A stretch of 64,000 nucleotides of DNA, from NCBI GenBank assembly GCA_017854485.1, contig JAFMHN010000002.1, positions 7,755 through 71,754 on the forward strand, in the 5' to 3' direction. The notes under the pieces were generated by a model. The model was not told the origin of the DNA. It was given only the letters and a program-made list of their open reading frames with translations, and made no database searches. Of this stretch, positions 9,303-19,812 are shown piece by piece (positions within the stretch are counted from its first letter, which is position 1; every line of letters begins with the position of its first letter). The stretch is from Aquiluna sp. (GTDB lineage Bacteria > Actinomycetota > Actinomycetes > Actinomycetales > Microbacteriaceae). Position numbers and translations under genes: made by a program.

Positions 9303-9902
9303 GTGACCGAATTAATTCTTGCCTCCACCTCGCCAGCCCGAAAAAAGCTCTTGAACGAGGCCGGTATTCGATTTATTGACAAGTCTCCTGGGGTCGATGA
9401 AGATCTTCAGGTTGAGCTTCACAAACCCAAAACTGCTGAGCAACTCACTGAGTTGCTAGCTAGAAAAAAGGCTGAGGCAGTGGCTGCGAGCGCCGCCAAC
9501 GCCGTTGTTCTCGGGTGCGACTCCGCTCTGCTGCTAGATGGCGAAATCTTGGGCAAGCCGCTAACGGCTGAGGTCGCGATAGCCAGGTGGGGCAAGCTCC
9601 GCGGTAACTCCGGCACTCTCTATTCTGGCCATCACTTAATCGACACCCAGAGCAAGCAAGTCACCTCCCTGGTGACAAAAACTGAAGTGAATTTTTCTGA
9701 CCTGAGCGATCACCAAATTGCAAGGTATGTGGCAACTGGAGAGCCACTCCAGGTGGCCGGTGCCTTCACCATTGACGGGCTCGGTGGAGCCTTCATCGAG
9801 TCGATTAGTGGCGACTACCACACAGTGGTCGGACTGTCGCTGGTTGGCCTACGAAAAATGATTACTGAACTGGGTCACGATTACCAGGACTTCTGGAGAT
9901 AA
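9303..9902 (+). CDS. maf: Maf-family nucleoside triphosphate pyrophosphatase
   Basis: [18 protein letters not shown]...ILGKP and [11 protein letters not shown] motifs. Confidence 0.93.
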   Translation: MTELILASTSPARKKLLNEAGIRFIDKSPGVDEDLQVELHKPKTAEQLTELLARKKAEAVAASAANAVVLGCDSALLLDGEILGKPLTAEVAIARWGKLRGNSGTLYSGHHLIDTQSKQVTSLVTKTEVNFSDLSDHQIARYVATGEPLQVAGAFTIDGLGGAFIESISGDYHTVVGLSLVGLRKMITELGHDYQDFWR

Positions 9903-9976
9903 CCCACACGTATATTTGGATTTTTTGTAGGTTGGTTATAAATCCAAGGCCTAATCTGCCAATAAGCTATCGGATT

Positions 9977-11749
9977 ATGACCAACCGCAAGATCTCCAAG
10001 CTGCTGATTGCCAACCGTGGTGAGATAGCAATCCGAATTATTCGAGCAGCCAAAGACTCTGGTATCCAGACCGTCGCTGTTTATGCCGATGGTGACCGGA
10101 ACGCGCAGCACGTGAAGCTCGCCGATGAGGCCTACAACCTAGCTGGAGAAACTGCGGCGGAGACCTACCTGGTGATCGACAAGATTCTCTCGGTTGCAAA
10201 GCGCTCTGGTGCAAACGCCGTCCACCCGGGCTATGGCTTCCTTTCCGAAAATGCTGATTTTGCGCAGGCGGTTGTGGACGCGGGATTAATCTGGATTGGT
10301 CCACCTGCGGCAGCCATTGCTGCACTGGGCGACAAGGTTTCTGCGAGGAAGATTGCAGAGTCAGTGGGGGCGCCCCTGGCTCCTGGCACTATTGATCCGG
10401 TTGAAACCGTCGAGGAAGTTGAACAGTTTGTTGCCAAGCACGGGCTTCCGGTAGCAATCAAAGCCGCCTATGGCGGAGGTGGCCGTGGCATCAAGATTGT
10501 GCGCGATGCTTCCGAAATCAAAGAACTCTTTGAATCTGCAACCAGAGAGGCGATCGCTGCCTTTGGTCGCGGTGAGTGCTTCTTAGAGAAATACCTTGAA
10601 AAGCCTCGACATGTTGAAACTCAGTGCCTCGCAGATGAGCATGGCAACGTGGTAGTTGTTTCAACAAGGGATTGCTCGCTACAGCGCCGTCACCAAAAGC
10701 TGGTGGAGGAAGCCCCCGCGCCATTCCTAACCGATCAGCAAGTGGCAAGCTTGTACGAGTCCTCGAAGGCGATCCTAAAAAAGGCCAACTATGTTGGCGC
10801 CGGCACTTGCGAGTTCCTAATTTCTGCCGACGGCACCATTTCCTTCCTGGAAGTAAACACCCGGCTCCAGGTGGAGCACCCGGTTTCTGAGGAAGTAACC
10901 GGGATTGACCTGGTCAGAGAACAATTCGCAATCGCCGAGGGTGGCACTCTTGACTACTCAGACCCAGAGGTCAAGGGCCACTCATTTGAATTCCGAATCA
11001 ACGGCGAGGATGCTGGCACTGGCTTCTTGCCATCGCCCGGTCCGATTCACCAATTCTTGGCCCCATCCGGGCCCGGGGTTCGAGTTGACTCCGGTGTGGT
11101 TAGCGGGGATGTAATCTCTGGAAACTTTGACTCGATGATGGCGAAGCTGATTGTCACCGGGAAGGACCGCACCGAAGCCCTTGCTAGGTCCAGGCGCGCT
11201 CTGGCCGAGATGCAGGTGCTCGGCCTGCCGACGGTGCTTCCGTTTCACCGTGCCATTGTTGACCATGAAGCATTCATTGGTGACGGTAAGACATTCGAGG
11301 TCTTCACCAGGTGGATCGAAACCGAATGGGAAAACAACATTGAACCGTGGAGTGGAGCTCAGGAACCACTTCCGCAGCCTGAAGCAAGGCATGAGGTGAT
11401 TGTTGAGGTTGCTGATAAGCGGCTCTCGGTAACGGTTCCAAAGCGACTGCTAGTTGGCGAGATCGGCTCCGCCCAGGGACACGCGCCAAAACGTAAGGCC
11501 AGCGCCCACAGCTCCGGCCACACCGGAGCAAAAGGCAATGTGCTTCTTGCTCCAATGCAAGCAACCGTTGTGAAGCTGGCCGTCGAAGTTGGCGCTCAGG
11601 TTGCAGAAGGTGACTTGGTCGCAGTACTTGAAGCCATGAAGATGGAACAGCCGCTTACCGCACACCGTGCCGGCGTGATTTCAAAAATAGGCGTCGAGGT
11701 CGGAGCAACTATTTCGGCTGGAACGCTAATTCTAGAAATTACCGACTAG
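9977..11749 (+). CDS. accA: Acetyl/propionyl-CoA carboxylase alpha subunit (biotin carboxylase + BCCP)
   Basis: [36 protein letters not shown] and biotinylation motif EAMKM. Start moved to ATG 9977. Confidence 0.96.
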   Translation: MTNRKISKLLIANRGEIAIRIIRAAKDSGIQTVAVYADGDRNAQHVKLADEAYNLAGETAAETYLVIDKILSVAKRSGANAVHPGYGFLSENADFAQAVVDAGLIWIGPPAAAIAALGDKVSARKIAESVGAPLAPGTIDPVETVEEVEQFVAKHGLPVAIKAAYGGGGRGIKIVRDASEIKELFESATREAIAAFGRGECFLEKYLEKPRHVETQCLADEHGNVVVVSTRDCSLQRRHQKLVEEAPAPFLTDQQVASLYESSKAILKKANYVGAGTCEFLISADGTISFLEVNTRLQVEHPVSEEVTGIDLVREQFAIAEGGTLDYSDPEVKGHSFEFRINGEDAGTGFLPSPGPIHQFLAPSGPGVRVDSGVVSGDVISGNFDSMMAKLIVTGKDRTEALARSRRALAEMQVLGLPTVLPFHRAIVDHEAFIGDGKTFEVFTRWIETEWENNIEPWSGAQEPLPQPEARHEVIVEVADKRLSVTVPKRLLVGEIGSAQGHAPKRKASAHSSGHTGAKGNVLLAPMQATVVKLAVEVGAQVAEGDLVAVLEAMKMEQPLTAHRAGVISKIGVEVGATISAGTLILEITD

Positions 11750-13149
11750 TCAATTGGCTGGTGCAGGGCACTAGCAGCTTCAGAAATAGACCCGGATAGC
11801 GACGGGTAAACAGTGTAGGTTCTGGCGAGCTGGTCCACGGTCAACCTGTTTTCGATTGCCACTGCAATTGGATAAATCAAGTCTGAGGCCCGAGGCGCAA
11901 CAACCACACCGCCGATAACAGTTCCGGAGCCAACCGATGCGAACAGCTTGATAAAGCCCTCGTCCACGCCCTCCATCTTGGCCCTGGGGTTTGTTTCAAG
12001 CATCACCTTGTGAATTTCTCCGCGCACCAGGCCCTGCTCGATCTCAGCCTGGCTCCATCCAACCGAAGCAATCTCCGGAGCAGTAAAGACATTTGAGGCC
12101 ACATTTCTGAGCCTGGTTGGAGCTGAAACGTCACCCATTGTGTGGTAGACAGCAGTCCTGCCCTGCATCGCAGAAACAGAGGCCAGCGGCAAGGCCGTGG
12201 AGCAGTCACCAACGGCATAAACGTTCGCTCTGGAAGTTCTGGCGACCTTGTTTGAAATCACGTGTCCGGTTTCATTCAGCGCAACGTCCGCTTCCTCAAG
12301 CCCAAGATCCTTGGTGTTGGGAATAGCGCCAACCGCCATCAGGCAGTGCGAACCGGTTACAACTGAGCCATCCTCAAGGGTTACCTTCACGCTGTCCCCC
12401 AGGTTTTCAACAGCTGCTGCACGGGACTTGCTCAGAAGCTTCATTCCCTTCCGGGCAAAAACTTCTTCGATCAACAGGGCAGCGTCCTCGTCGTTTCCAG
12501 GCAACACCTTGTCTCTGGAGGAAACCAGCGTCACTTGGCTTCCAAGATCAAGGTACGCAGAAGCGAACTCAGCCCCAGTTACACCAGAGCCAACTACGAT
12601 CATGTGTTCCGGCAGCTCGTCGATGCTGTAAAGCTGCTTCCAGTTCAGAATTCGCTTCCCATCGCAAGCTGCATTTGGAAGGTCGCGCGGCCTGGCACCG
12701 GTTGCCACGATGATTGTTTTTGCCTGTATCTTTTGTGGCTTGCCATCGGTGGGAGTAATCACCACGTGGTGATTGCCATCAAGTTTTCCGCGGCCAGAAA
12801 TAACAATTACACCCTCGGCAATAAGGGTTTCCAGCATGTCCTCTGACTGGGATGCGGCCAGATCCAGAAGTCGCTTATTGATTGCCTCGAAATCAATTTT
12901 GATTTCAGGTGTTACTTCCTTGCCGTCGACTGCAAGGCTCACCCCAAGGGTCTTGGCCTGGGCAACCCGCTGCGCGGTTTCCGCTGTTGCAATCAGGGTC
13001 TTAGATGGAACCACGTCGGTCAGTACGGCGTTTCCACCAATCCCGTTTTCCTCGATCAAAACCACTTCGGCACCAAGCTGAACACCGGCGCGTGCTGCTT
13101 CATAGCCGCCTGGGCCGCCGCCAATGATGACGATTCGATGTTTAGTCAT
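11746..13149 (-). CDS. lpdA: NAD(P)H-quinone dehydrogenase (mycobacterial LpdA-like flavoprotein)
   Basis: [18 protein letters not shown] and YAVGD motifs; [13 protein letters not shown] in place of the redox disulfide motif; same position as in mycobacteria. Start uncertain. Confidence 0.88.
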   Translation of the reverse strand: MTKHRIVIIGGGPGGYEAARAGVQLGAEVVLIEENGIGGNAVLTDVVPSKTLIATAETAQRVAQAKTLGVSLAVDGKEVTPEIKIDFEAINKRLLDLAASQSEDMLETLIAEGVIVISGRGKLDGNHHVVITPTDGKPQKIQAKTIIVATGARPRDLPNAACDGKRILNWKQLYSIDELPEHMIVVGSGVTGAEFASAYLDLGSQVTLVSSRDKVLPGNDEDAALLIEEVFARKGMKLLSKSRAAAVENLGDSVKVTLEDGSVVTGSHCLMAVGAIPNTKDLGLEEADVALNETGHVISNKVARTSRANVYAVGDCSTALPLASVSAMQGRTAVYHTMGDVSAPTRLRNVASNVFTAPEIASVGWSQAEIEQGLVRGEIHKVMLETNPRAKMEGVDEGFIKLFASVGSGTVIGGVVVAPRASDLIYPIAVAIENRLTVDQLARTYTVYPSLSGSISEAASALHQPID

Positions 13150-13216
13150 TTTTGATTCGATCACGCCCCTATTCTCCACCAACTTCATACCCAATTACTT
13201 GGCTAAACTGATTTTC

Positions 13217-14038
13217 ATGACGCATCCGTTGAACCAAGACAATGTTGACCCATTCGAAATAGCCCAGCAGGCCGCCGATCAAATCCGGAGTATTTCCGGC
13301 ATTAAAAAGCACGACATCGCGCTGACTCTTGGCTCCGGTTGGTCAAAAGCTGCCGACCTTCTGGGTGAAACGGTGTGTGAAATACCGGCCTCCGACATCA
13401 TCGGCTTTTCAAAGCCAGCAGTGCAAGGTCACGTTGGTTCACTTCGTTCAGTGCGCCTGTCAAATGGAAAGCACGCGCTAGTTATAGGCGCCAGGACGCA
13501 CTTCTACGAGAACCATGGCGTGCGGGCCGTGGTCCACTCGGTTAGAACCGCGGCCAAGACTGGCGCTGAGGTAATGGTGCTCACTAATGGAGCAGGCGGA
13601 ATCCAGCCCCAGTGGGCGGGCGGCGCGGCCGTTCTGATCTCAGACCACATCAACCTGACCGCCTCCAGCCCACTGGAAGGTGCAAACTTTGTGGACCTCA
13701 CTAACCTTTACTCCCCTCGACTGCGCTCGATTGCCAAAGAGGTTGACGCGAGCCTGGAGGAGGGTGTTTACGTTCAGTTCCGCGGCCCTCACTACGAGAC
13801 TCCAGCAGAGGTTCAAATGGCAAAGACAATCGGCGGCGACATTGTCGGAATGTCGACAGCCCTTGAGGCAATTGCAGCCAGGGAATCAGGAATGGAAATT
13901 CTAGGAATGTCGCTGATCACAAACCTCGCCGCTGGCATCCAAAAGACCCCGCTCAGTCACGCCGAGGTGATCGAGGCTGGACAAAAAGCAGAGGCCAGAA
14001 TCTCCAAACTACTGGCCGAGATAGTGGTTCGTTTCTAA
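13217..14038 (+). CDS. punA: Purine-nucleoside phosphorylase (family 2)
   Basis: LGSGW, RTHFYE, LTNGAGG, GPHYETPAE, VGMST and TNLAAG motifs. Start moved to ATG 13217. Confidence 0.94.
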   Translation: MTHPLNQDNVDPFEIAQQAADQIRSISGIKKHDIALTLGSGWSKAADLLGETVCEIPASDIIGFSKPAVQGHVGSLRSVRLSNGKHALVIGARTHFYENHGVRAVVHSVRTAAKTGAEVMVLTNGAGGIQPQWAGGAAVLISDHINLTASSPLEGANFVDLTNLYSPRLRSIAKEVDASLEEGVYVQFRGPHYETPAEVQMAKTIGGDIVGMSTALEAIAARESGMEILGMSLITNLAAGIQKTPLSHAEVIEAGQKAEARISKLLAEIVVRF

Positions 14039-15672
14039 TGGATAATATGGAAGCAGCCAGATCCTGGCTGGCCCAGGACCCCGACCCGGTCACCTTCGCT
14101 GAGCTAACTGAACTAATTGACACCGAGAGCGTCGCAGAAATTACTTCTCGCTTCTCTCAGCGCCTTGAATTTGGAACGGCCGGACTCAGGGGTGAACTGG
14201 GCGCGGGCCCAAATCGAATGAACAGAATTGTTGTTGCCCAAACTGCAAAGGGCCTAGCCGAATTTCTGAATCAAAACCACGACAAATACCAAGACCGCGC
14301 TGGCAAACTGAGCGTTGTTATCGGCTATGACGGCAGAGTGAACTCCGACGTCTTCGCTCGCGATAGCGCAGAGATTTTGCAGGCGAGCGGAATTCAAACC
14401 CTCCTGTTTGACCGGGCCGTGCCAACACCGGTAGCAGCATTCACCGGTCGACGAATGTCCGCAAGCGCCACGATCGTGGTGACAGCCAGCCACAACCCAC
14501 CAAGAGACAATGGCTACAAGGTTTATCTGGGTGGTCCAACTGGGCAAAGTCAGCTCACTCCCCCGCAGGATGCGGAAATCGCGAGCCTGATCGACAACAT
14601 TGCCGAACACACAACCTTTGATGACATCGAGAAATCTGATGATTACAGCTTGATCGGCCAGAGAGAAATCGATGCATATTTGGAGCGAGCACTCGAGCTG
14701 ATTCCTGGTGCGGAGTCAGAATTTGCAAGGCGTCGGAACATTTCCATCACTCATACCGCCCTGCACGGGGTCGGCTGGTTTGTGGTGAATCAGCTGATGA
14801 GTAGAGCAGGTTTTAATTGTTCGCCGGTAGCAGCTCAAGCTGAACCCGATGGCTTGTTTCCAACGGTTAGTTTTCCTAACCCTGAGGAACAAGGCACCAT
14901 GGATTTGAGTTTTGAAACCGCCAAAAAGCTTCACAGCGATCTGATCCTTGCCAACGACCCCGATGCCGACCGGTTGGCAGTTGGTGTGCTGCAGGACGGC
15001 CACTACCGAATGCTGACAGGGGATGAGGTTGGAATCTTGCTTGCCGACCACTTGGCCCCAACCTCCAAGGTGATCGCCAATTCGATTGTTTCGGCTGACC
15101 TTGGTGCGCTAGCCGAATTCCACGGCGTTGACTATCAGCAAACGTTGACCGGATTTAAGTGGATTTCAAAAGTGCGAGACCTTGGATACGGCTACGAAGA
15201 GGCTCTTGGTTACTGCGTGGATCCGGACTATACGCCTGACAAAGATGGAATCACTGCCGCCCTAGTGATTGCCGAGATGGCGTCCAAGCTTGCCCTCAAG
15301 AACTTGAGCCTGGTAGACGAGCTTGACAGGATTGCCGACCAGTTTGGGCACGTTGCAACCGGTCAAGTCTCGATTCGGGTAACCAGCGCCGAGACAATTG
15401 CAGAGATCATGAGAGGGCTACGGGAAGCGCCCCCTGAACTCATCGCCGGCGACGCGGTGACCTTCGAGGATTACCTGGCAAGGTCTGACGCAATGAAGAC
15501 CGATGCCCTGATTTTCAAGGGAGCTCAGGTGAAGGTCATCGTAAGGCCCTCTGGTACCGAGCCAAAACTAAAGTGCTACCTTCAGGCAACAGGTGAAACC
15601 CGAGACCAGGCTCATCACCTTCTGAAAGCCCTCAAAGAGTTTGCCAGCGCTACCTTGAACGCTTTGAAATAA
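14038..15672 (+). CDS. pmmB: Phospho-sugar mutase (PGM/PMM superfamily, PGM2/PmmB-like)
   Basis: FGTAGLRG, TASHNP, DPDADR, GYEEALG and RPSGTEPKLK motifs; TAATG-coupled to punA. Confidence 0.88.
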   Translation: MDNMEAARSWLAQDPDPVTFAELTELIDTESVAEITSRFSQRLEFGTAGLRGELGAGPNRMNRIVVAQTAKGLAEFLNQNHDKYQDRAGKLSVVIGYDGRVNSDVFARDSAEILQASGIQTLLFDRAVPTPVAAFTGRRMSASATIVVTASHNPPRDNGYKVYLGGPTGQSQLTPPQDAEIASLIDNIAEHTTFDDIEKSDDYSLIGQREIDAYLERALELIPGAESEFARRRNISITHTALHGVGWFVVNQLMSRAGFNCSPVAAQAEPDGLFPTVSFPNPEEQGTMDLSFETAKKLHSDLILANDPDADRLAVGVLQDGHYRMLTGDEVGILLADHLAPTSKVIANSIVSADLGALAEFHGVDYQQTLTGFKWISKVRDLGYGYEEALGYCVDPDYTPDKDGITAALVIAEMASKLALKNLSLVDELDRIADQFGHVATGQVSIRVTSAETIAEIMRGLREAPPELIAGDAVTFEDYLARSDAMKTDALIFKGAQVKVIVRPSGTEPKLKCYLQATGETRDQAHHLLKALKEFASATLNALK

Positions 15673-16318
15673 AGTCGCGCACGCTCTTTGGGACTGGCAA
15701 TCCAGCTGACTCCTGGTCTGCTGGGATGGCTGGTTGAGCAACGGAAGCTAGTGGGATTATTCCTGCCCAAAAGCCACGATCCATATCCTCTTCTGGATCA
15801 TCAACCTCGTTAGTTGCGATCTTGACCGAGGTCTCATTCAGGTCGACGCTCACGATTATGGTTGCGGCTGCTTCCTTCTTGGTCATCGGCCTCGCCTCTG
15901 CCACTCGACCCGGAATCAAGGCATCACTAACAATGTCTAGCGCTTGCATTTTCTGATCATCGGCAACCAGCTCCGCTTTTCCGAAAATTACAACAGAGCG
16001 ATAGTGCATCCCGCTGTTGAAGGTGCTCCTGGCGACCTTCAGAGCATTGAGTTCGGTGATCGAGATGCAAACCTGCGGCTGGGTATCCAGGTGCCTCATC
16101 AGCCTTGAGCCACTTGAGCCATGAAGATAAATCTTGTCACCGGATCGACCATATGCCATGGGGATAACCAATGGTGCTCCATCAATCACAAACCCAACGT
16201 GAGCAACCATGTTCAAATCGAGAATGTCGAAGAGGTCGCTTGTTCTACCGGAAGCTTTGTAGCTGAGGCGCTTGAGAGTTGTCTTGTCTGAGGACCCTGG
16301 CGGTGTTGGAATGGTCAT
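15650..16318 (-). CDS. Pyridoxamine 5'-phosphate oxidase-like flavin-binding protein (NimA/Pyridox_ox_2-like)
   Basis: AHVGFV...PLVIPM, IYLHGSSGSR, SGMHYRSVVIFG and WAGIIPL motifs. Confidence 0.8.
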   Translation of the reverse strand: MTIPTPPGSSDKTTLKRLSYKASGRTSDLFDILDLNMVAHVGFVIDGAPLVIPMAYGRSGDKIYLHGSSGSRLMRHLDTQPQVCISITELNALKVARSTFNSGMHYRSVVIFGKAELVADDQKMQALDIVSDALIPGRVAEARPMTKKEAAATIIVSVDLNETSVKIATNEVDDPEEDMDRGFWAGIIPLASVAQPAIPADQESAGLPVPKSVRDFISKRSR

Positions 16319-16328
16319 CTAGCCAATA

Positions 16329-16601
16329 CTAGCTAAGGGTTGCCTGCAGCTTCTCGCCAAGCTCTGCCAAGTCAAAAATGTTGTTTATGGAGATAACTTC
16401 GGAGGGTATTCCACCTAGCTTTTCCACCAATTCCGGTGTTGCCAGGATTACCTGGGCCATTTGGTTAGTGCCACGGGCATCTTCTAGCGAAACCGCTTTG
16501 ACTTCAGCCTCGATGCCAAGCATCGACAGGGCGCGCTCAACGTTGGCCTTGAGAAGGACACTGGTTCCAATTCCGGCACCACACACCGCATAAATGAGCA
16601 T
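16329..16601 (-). CDS. PTS EIIB component (UlaB/lactose-galactitol-ascorbate type)
   Basis: P-loop with phospho-Cys AVCGAGIGTS; 90 aa. Confidence 0.88.
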   Translation of the reverse strand: MLIYAVCGAGIGTSVLLKANVERALSMLGIEAEVKAVSLEDARGTNQMAQVILATPELVEKLGGIPSEVISINNIFDLAELGEKLQATLS

Positions 16602-16608
16602 GTTTAGA

Positions 16609-17055
16609 TTAAAGCTGATTTTCGAACAAAATTGCGCTCATAACGCTTTCAGCGGAAGCATTTAACAAACTGTTCATAACCTGGCTGTCACTCAACTTGT
16701 CTGCGAAGGCAGCAAGCAAATCCAGATGACTTTCTGAATCTGGTGAGCAAAGCGCGAATACCAACGCAACCGGGTCATTGGCGCTGCCAGATTCGCACGG
16801 GGCAGCTAACTTCAAAAGGGCCATGCCGGCTTTGATAACGGCCGATGAAGGTGGTGCGTGGGCAATTGCAACGCCAGGAGCAACGACAAAATACGGGCCC
16901 AGCGCCTCAAGATTCGCTAGGACCTCACCGATGTATTCGGGGTTAGCTTGACCGGCACTAACAAGCAGGCCGGTGCCTTCTGCTACCGCTTCTGAGAAGC
17001 TGAGTTCTTGAGCGGCTACTCGAATCGAGTCCTTATCAAAGTAACTAGACAGCAC
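16609..17055 (-). CDS. PTS EIIA component (UlaC/Fru-Mtl EIIA_2 fold)
   Basis: GPYFVVAPGVAIAHA with phospho-His and C-terminal SHLDLLA motif. GTG 17055 overlaps the add stop. Confidence 0.88.
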   Translation of the reverse strand: MLSSYFDKDSIRVAAQELSFSEAVAEGTGLLVSAGQANPEYIGEVLANLEALGPYFVVAPGVAIAHAPPSSAVIKAGMALLKLAAPCESGSANDPVALVFALCSPDSESHLDLLAAFADKLSDSQVMNSLLNASAESVMSAILFENQL

Positions 17056-18136
17056 CCGAGGCCCTAGCAAAGCCCTGCTCAACCAGATCAATCAGCTCTT
17101 CGCGTTCGGTGAGTCCTTGGAAGGAGGCCTCGGCGGCGTTTAGCTGGAACTGCTCAAGATCTCCAAGCTGATAGCCAAAAGTGTCGACCAGGATCTCAAG
17201 CTCTCGGGTCAGATTCGTCCCCGACATCAAACGGTTATCGGTATTCACGGTCACGGTGAAGCCAAGATCGTAGAGGATGTCGATGGGGTGATCGGCCATC
17301 TTGTCGCCAAGCATTGCAAAGGCTCCAGTCTGGAGGTTAGAGCTTGGAGAAATCTCAAGTGCGATGTGACGGTCGTAGACCCACTGCGCTAGATCACCCA
17401 ACACCACAAGATCGGTGTCGCCGTCAGTCCGGGAAAACATGATGTCCTCAACCAGCCTCACTCCGTGACCAAGCCTTAGGGCCCGGCCAGAAACTATGGC
17501 GTCCTTTATCGAATCCACGCCACCGGCTTCACCGGCATGGACCGTAACTGGAAATAGCTGTTCTGCAAGGTAATCAAAGGCAACCTTGTGACGTGAAGGT
17601 AGGAAGCCATCTTCAGGGCCGGCAATGTCAAAGCCAACAACTCCATCGTTGCGATGGCTAACTGCCAGCTCAGCAATTTCTAGCGCGCGGTCGGCCTGGC
17701 GCATCGCTATTAGAACCTGCCCGGTCCTAATTGATCCACCGCGGCCAGACACGTCGTCCATGCCTTGCTCCAAGCCATCCTGAACCGCCTCAGCCGCATC
17801 ATCCAGAGACAAGCCGTTTTGAAGATGCAGCTCTGGTGCCCAGCGCAGCTCCGCATATATAACGTTCTCGGCAGCCAAATCCAGAACAGCCTCGTATGCC
17901 ACCCGTTGCAGCGCAGCTTTTGTCTGCATGACTCCAACGGTGTGACTGAAGGTCTCCAAATAGCGAACCAGCGAACCCGAGTTCGCATTTTCCATGAACC
18001 AATCCGCAAGCTCGAGAGCGTTGTCTTTCGGAAGTGTGTGTCCGGCCTCGCTCGCCAATTCAATGATTGTCTGCGGTCTCAGTCCGCCATCTAGATGATC
18101 GTGAAGAGAAATCTTTGGAAGTGCTTGGATGTCCAT
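17045..18136 (-). CDS. add: Adenosine deaminase
   Basis: LHDHLDGGLRP, TVHAGE, RLGHG and VNTDN motifs. Start moved to ATG 18136. Confidence 0.95.
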   Translation of the reverse strand: MDIQALPKISLHDHLDGGLRPQTIIELASEAGHTLPKDNALELADWFMENANSGSLVRYLETFSHTVGVMQTKAALQRVAYEAVLDLAAENVIYAELRWAPELHLQNGLSLDDAAEAVQDGLEQGMDDVSGRGGSIRTGQVLIAMRQADRALEIAELAVSHRNDGVVGFDIAGPEDGFLPSRHKVAFDYLAEQLFPVTVHAGEAGGVDSIKDAIVSGRALRLGHGVRLVEDIMFSRTDGDTDLVVLGDLAQWVYDRHIALEISPSSNLQTGAFAMLGDKMADHPIDILYDLGFTVTVNTDNRLMSGTNLTRELEILVDTFGYQLGDLEQFQLNAAEASFQGLTEREELIDLVEQGFARASGAV

Positions 18137-18143
18137 CGTGGTC

Positions 18144-19421
18144 CTAACTGACTCGGCCAAGCACCAGCTTACGAGCAGCAGGCTCTCTTTCAGAAATGCC
18201 GATTGCCTCTTCTGCAAGGACAATCGCCCTCTCAAATCGCTCGGGAGTTTCGGTATAGAGGGTCATCACCGGGTCACCAGCTGTGACGGCAGTCCCAACT
18301 TGAGCGTGTATTTCAATGCCGGCGCCAAACTGAACCGCATCTTCCTTGCGCTCTCGCCCTGCACCAAGTCGCCAGGAAGCCACACCAACTGAAATCGCCT
18401 CCAGTGAAGACACGTAACCGGATTCTTTAGCCCTGACTACGTGCCAGTGCTCGGCCTTCGGTAGCTCTGCATCAGGGTCTCCGCCCTGAGCCTTGATCAT
18501 TTCACGCCACTTTTCCAAGGCTTTCCCATTGGAAAGATTCTCGCGAGGGTCAACATCGGTAATTCCGCTGAGCTTTAGCATTTCCTTGGCTAGCTCCACA
18601 GTTATCTCAATCACATCCTCGGGGCCGCCGCCAGAGAGCACCTCGATTGATTCCTCGACCTCGAGCGCGTTTCCAATCTTTTTTCCAAGCGGAGTAGACA
18701 TGTCGGTTAGCAGTGCTGAGGTATTGACTCCAGCATCTTTGCCGAGCTGGACCAAAACCTTTGCCAATTCATTGGCGCGATCCAACGTCTTCATAAATGC
18801 TCCGGAACCGACCTTCACATCCAGCACCAGCGATTGGGTGCCCTCTGCGATCTTCTTACTCATGATTGATGAGGCAATCAGCGGAATAGCCTCCACGGTT
18901 CCCGTGACATCTCGGAGCGAGTAGAGCTTGCGATCGGCTGGGGCTAGACCCTTACCGGCAGCACAAATAACAGCTCCGACTTCGGCCAGCTGACTGTAGA
19001 GCTCAGTGTTCGACATTGTTGCCTGCCAACCCGGAATGGCCTCTAGCTTGTCAAGCGTGCCGCCGGTGTGACCAAGACCACGGCCGCTTAGCTGCGGCAC
19101 GGCAATTCCGTAGGAAGCAACCAATGGTGCCAAGGGCAGAGTGATCTTGTCTCCCACTCCGCCAGTGGAGTGCTTGTCGGCGGTCTTGGCAGATAAGCCA
19201 GAGAAGTCCAATCGCTCCCCAGAAGCGATCATCGCCATGGTCAGGTCTCTGATTTCCTCGCGGTTCATGCCATTGAGAAGGATTGCCATTGCCATTGCCG
19301 ACATCTGCTCGTCCGCAACTATGCCGGAGGTGTAGTTCTCAACCAACCAGTTGATTTCCTTGGTGTCAAGCACCTGGTTCTCACGTTTTTTGATGATCAG
19401 TTCGACTGCGCTATAGCTCAT
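18144..19421 (-). CDS. deoA: Thymidine/pyrimidine-nucleoside phosphorylase
   Basis: DKHSTGGVGDK, SGRGLGHTGGTLDKL, RDVTGTV and DVKVGSGAFM motifs. Confidence 0.96.
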   Translation of the reverse strand: MSYSAVELIIKKRENQVLDTKEINWLVENYTSGIVADEQMSAMAMAILLNGMNREEIRDLTMAMIASGERLDFSGLSAKTADKHSTGGVGDKITLPLAPLVASYGIAVPQLSGRGLGHTGGTLDKLEAIPGWQATMSNTELYSQLAEVGAVICAAGKGLAPADRKLYSLRDVTGTVEAIPLIASSIMSKKIAEGTQSLVLDVKVGSGAFMKTLDRANELAKVLVQLGKDAGVNTSALLTDMSTPLGKKIGNALEVEESIEVLSGGGPEDVIEITVELAKEMLKLSGITDVDPRENLSNGKALEKWREMIKAQGGDPDAELPKAEHWHVVRAKESGYVSSLEAISVGVASWRLGAGRERKEDAVQFGAGIEIHAQVGTAVTAGDPVMTLYTETPERFERAIVLAEEAIGISEREPAARKLVLGRVS

Positions 19422-19810
19422 GAGGTTTCGAGGTCCTTTGGTCCGAAGGCGTCCGGGAGCACCTCGGCTATCGTTTTTATTCCAGAAATTGTTTGCAGCA
19501 GCATGCCCTCGGCACTGTGCTCATAAAGCAATTGTCGGCATCTGCCGCAGGGCATCAGAGGGTTGCCCTTGCCGTCAACGCATGCAAACGCAACCAGCTT
19601 TCCACCGCCGGTTCGAAAAAGCTCACTGACAAGAGAGCACTCTGCGCAAAGGCCTAGGCCGTAGGAGGCATTCTCAACGTTAACTCCAGTAATTACACGG
19701 CCATCGTCGCAGATCGCAGCGGCTGCGACCGGGAACTTGGAATACGGTGAGTACGAATCCCCCAGCACCTGGCGCGCGGCATTAGTTAGCGACTCCCAGT
19801 CAATGCTCAT
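19418..19810 (-). CDS. cdd: Cytidine deaminase
   Basis: SYSPYSKFPV, NVENASYGLGLCAE and PCGRCRQ zinc motifs. Confidence 0.96.
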   Translation of the reverse strand: MSIDWESLTNAARQVLGDSYSPYSKFPVAAAAICDDGRVITGVNVENASYGLGLCAECSLVSELFRTGGGKLVAFACVDGKGNPLMPCGRCRQLLYEHSAEGMLLQTISGIKTIAEVLPDAFGPKDLETS

Positions 19811-19812
19811 TG

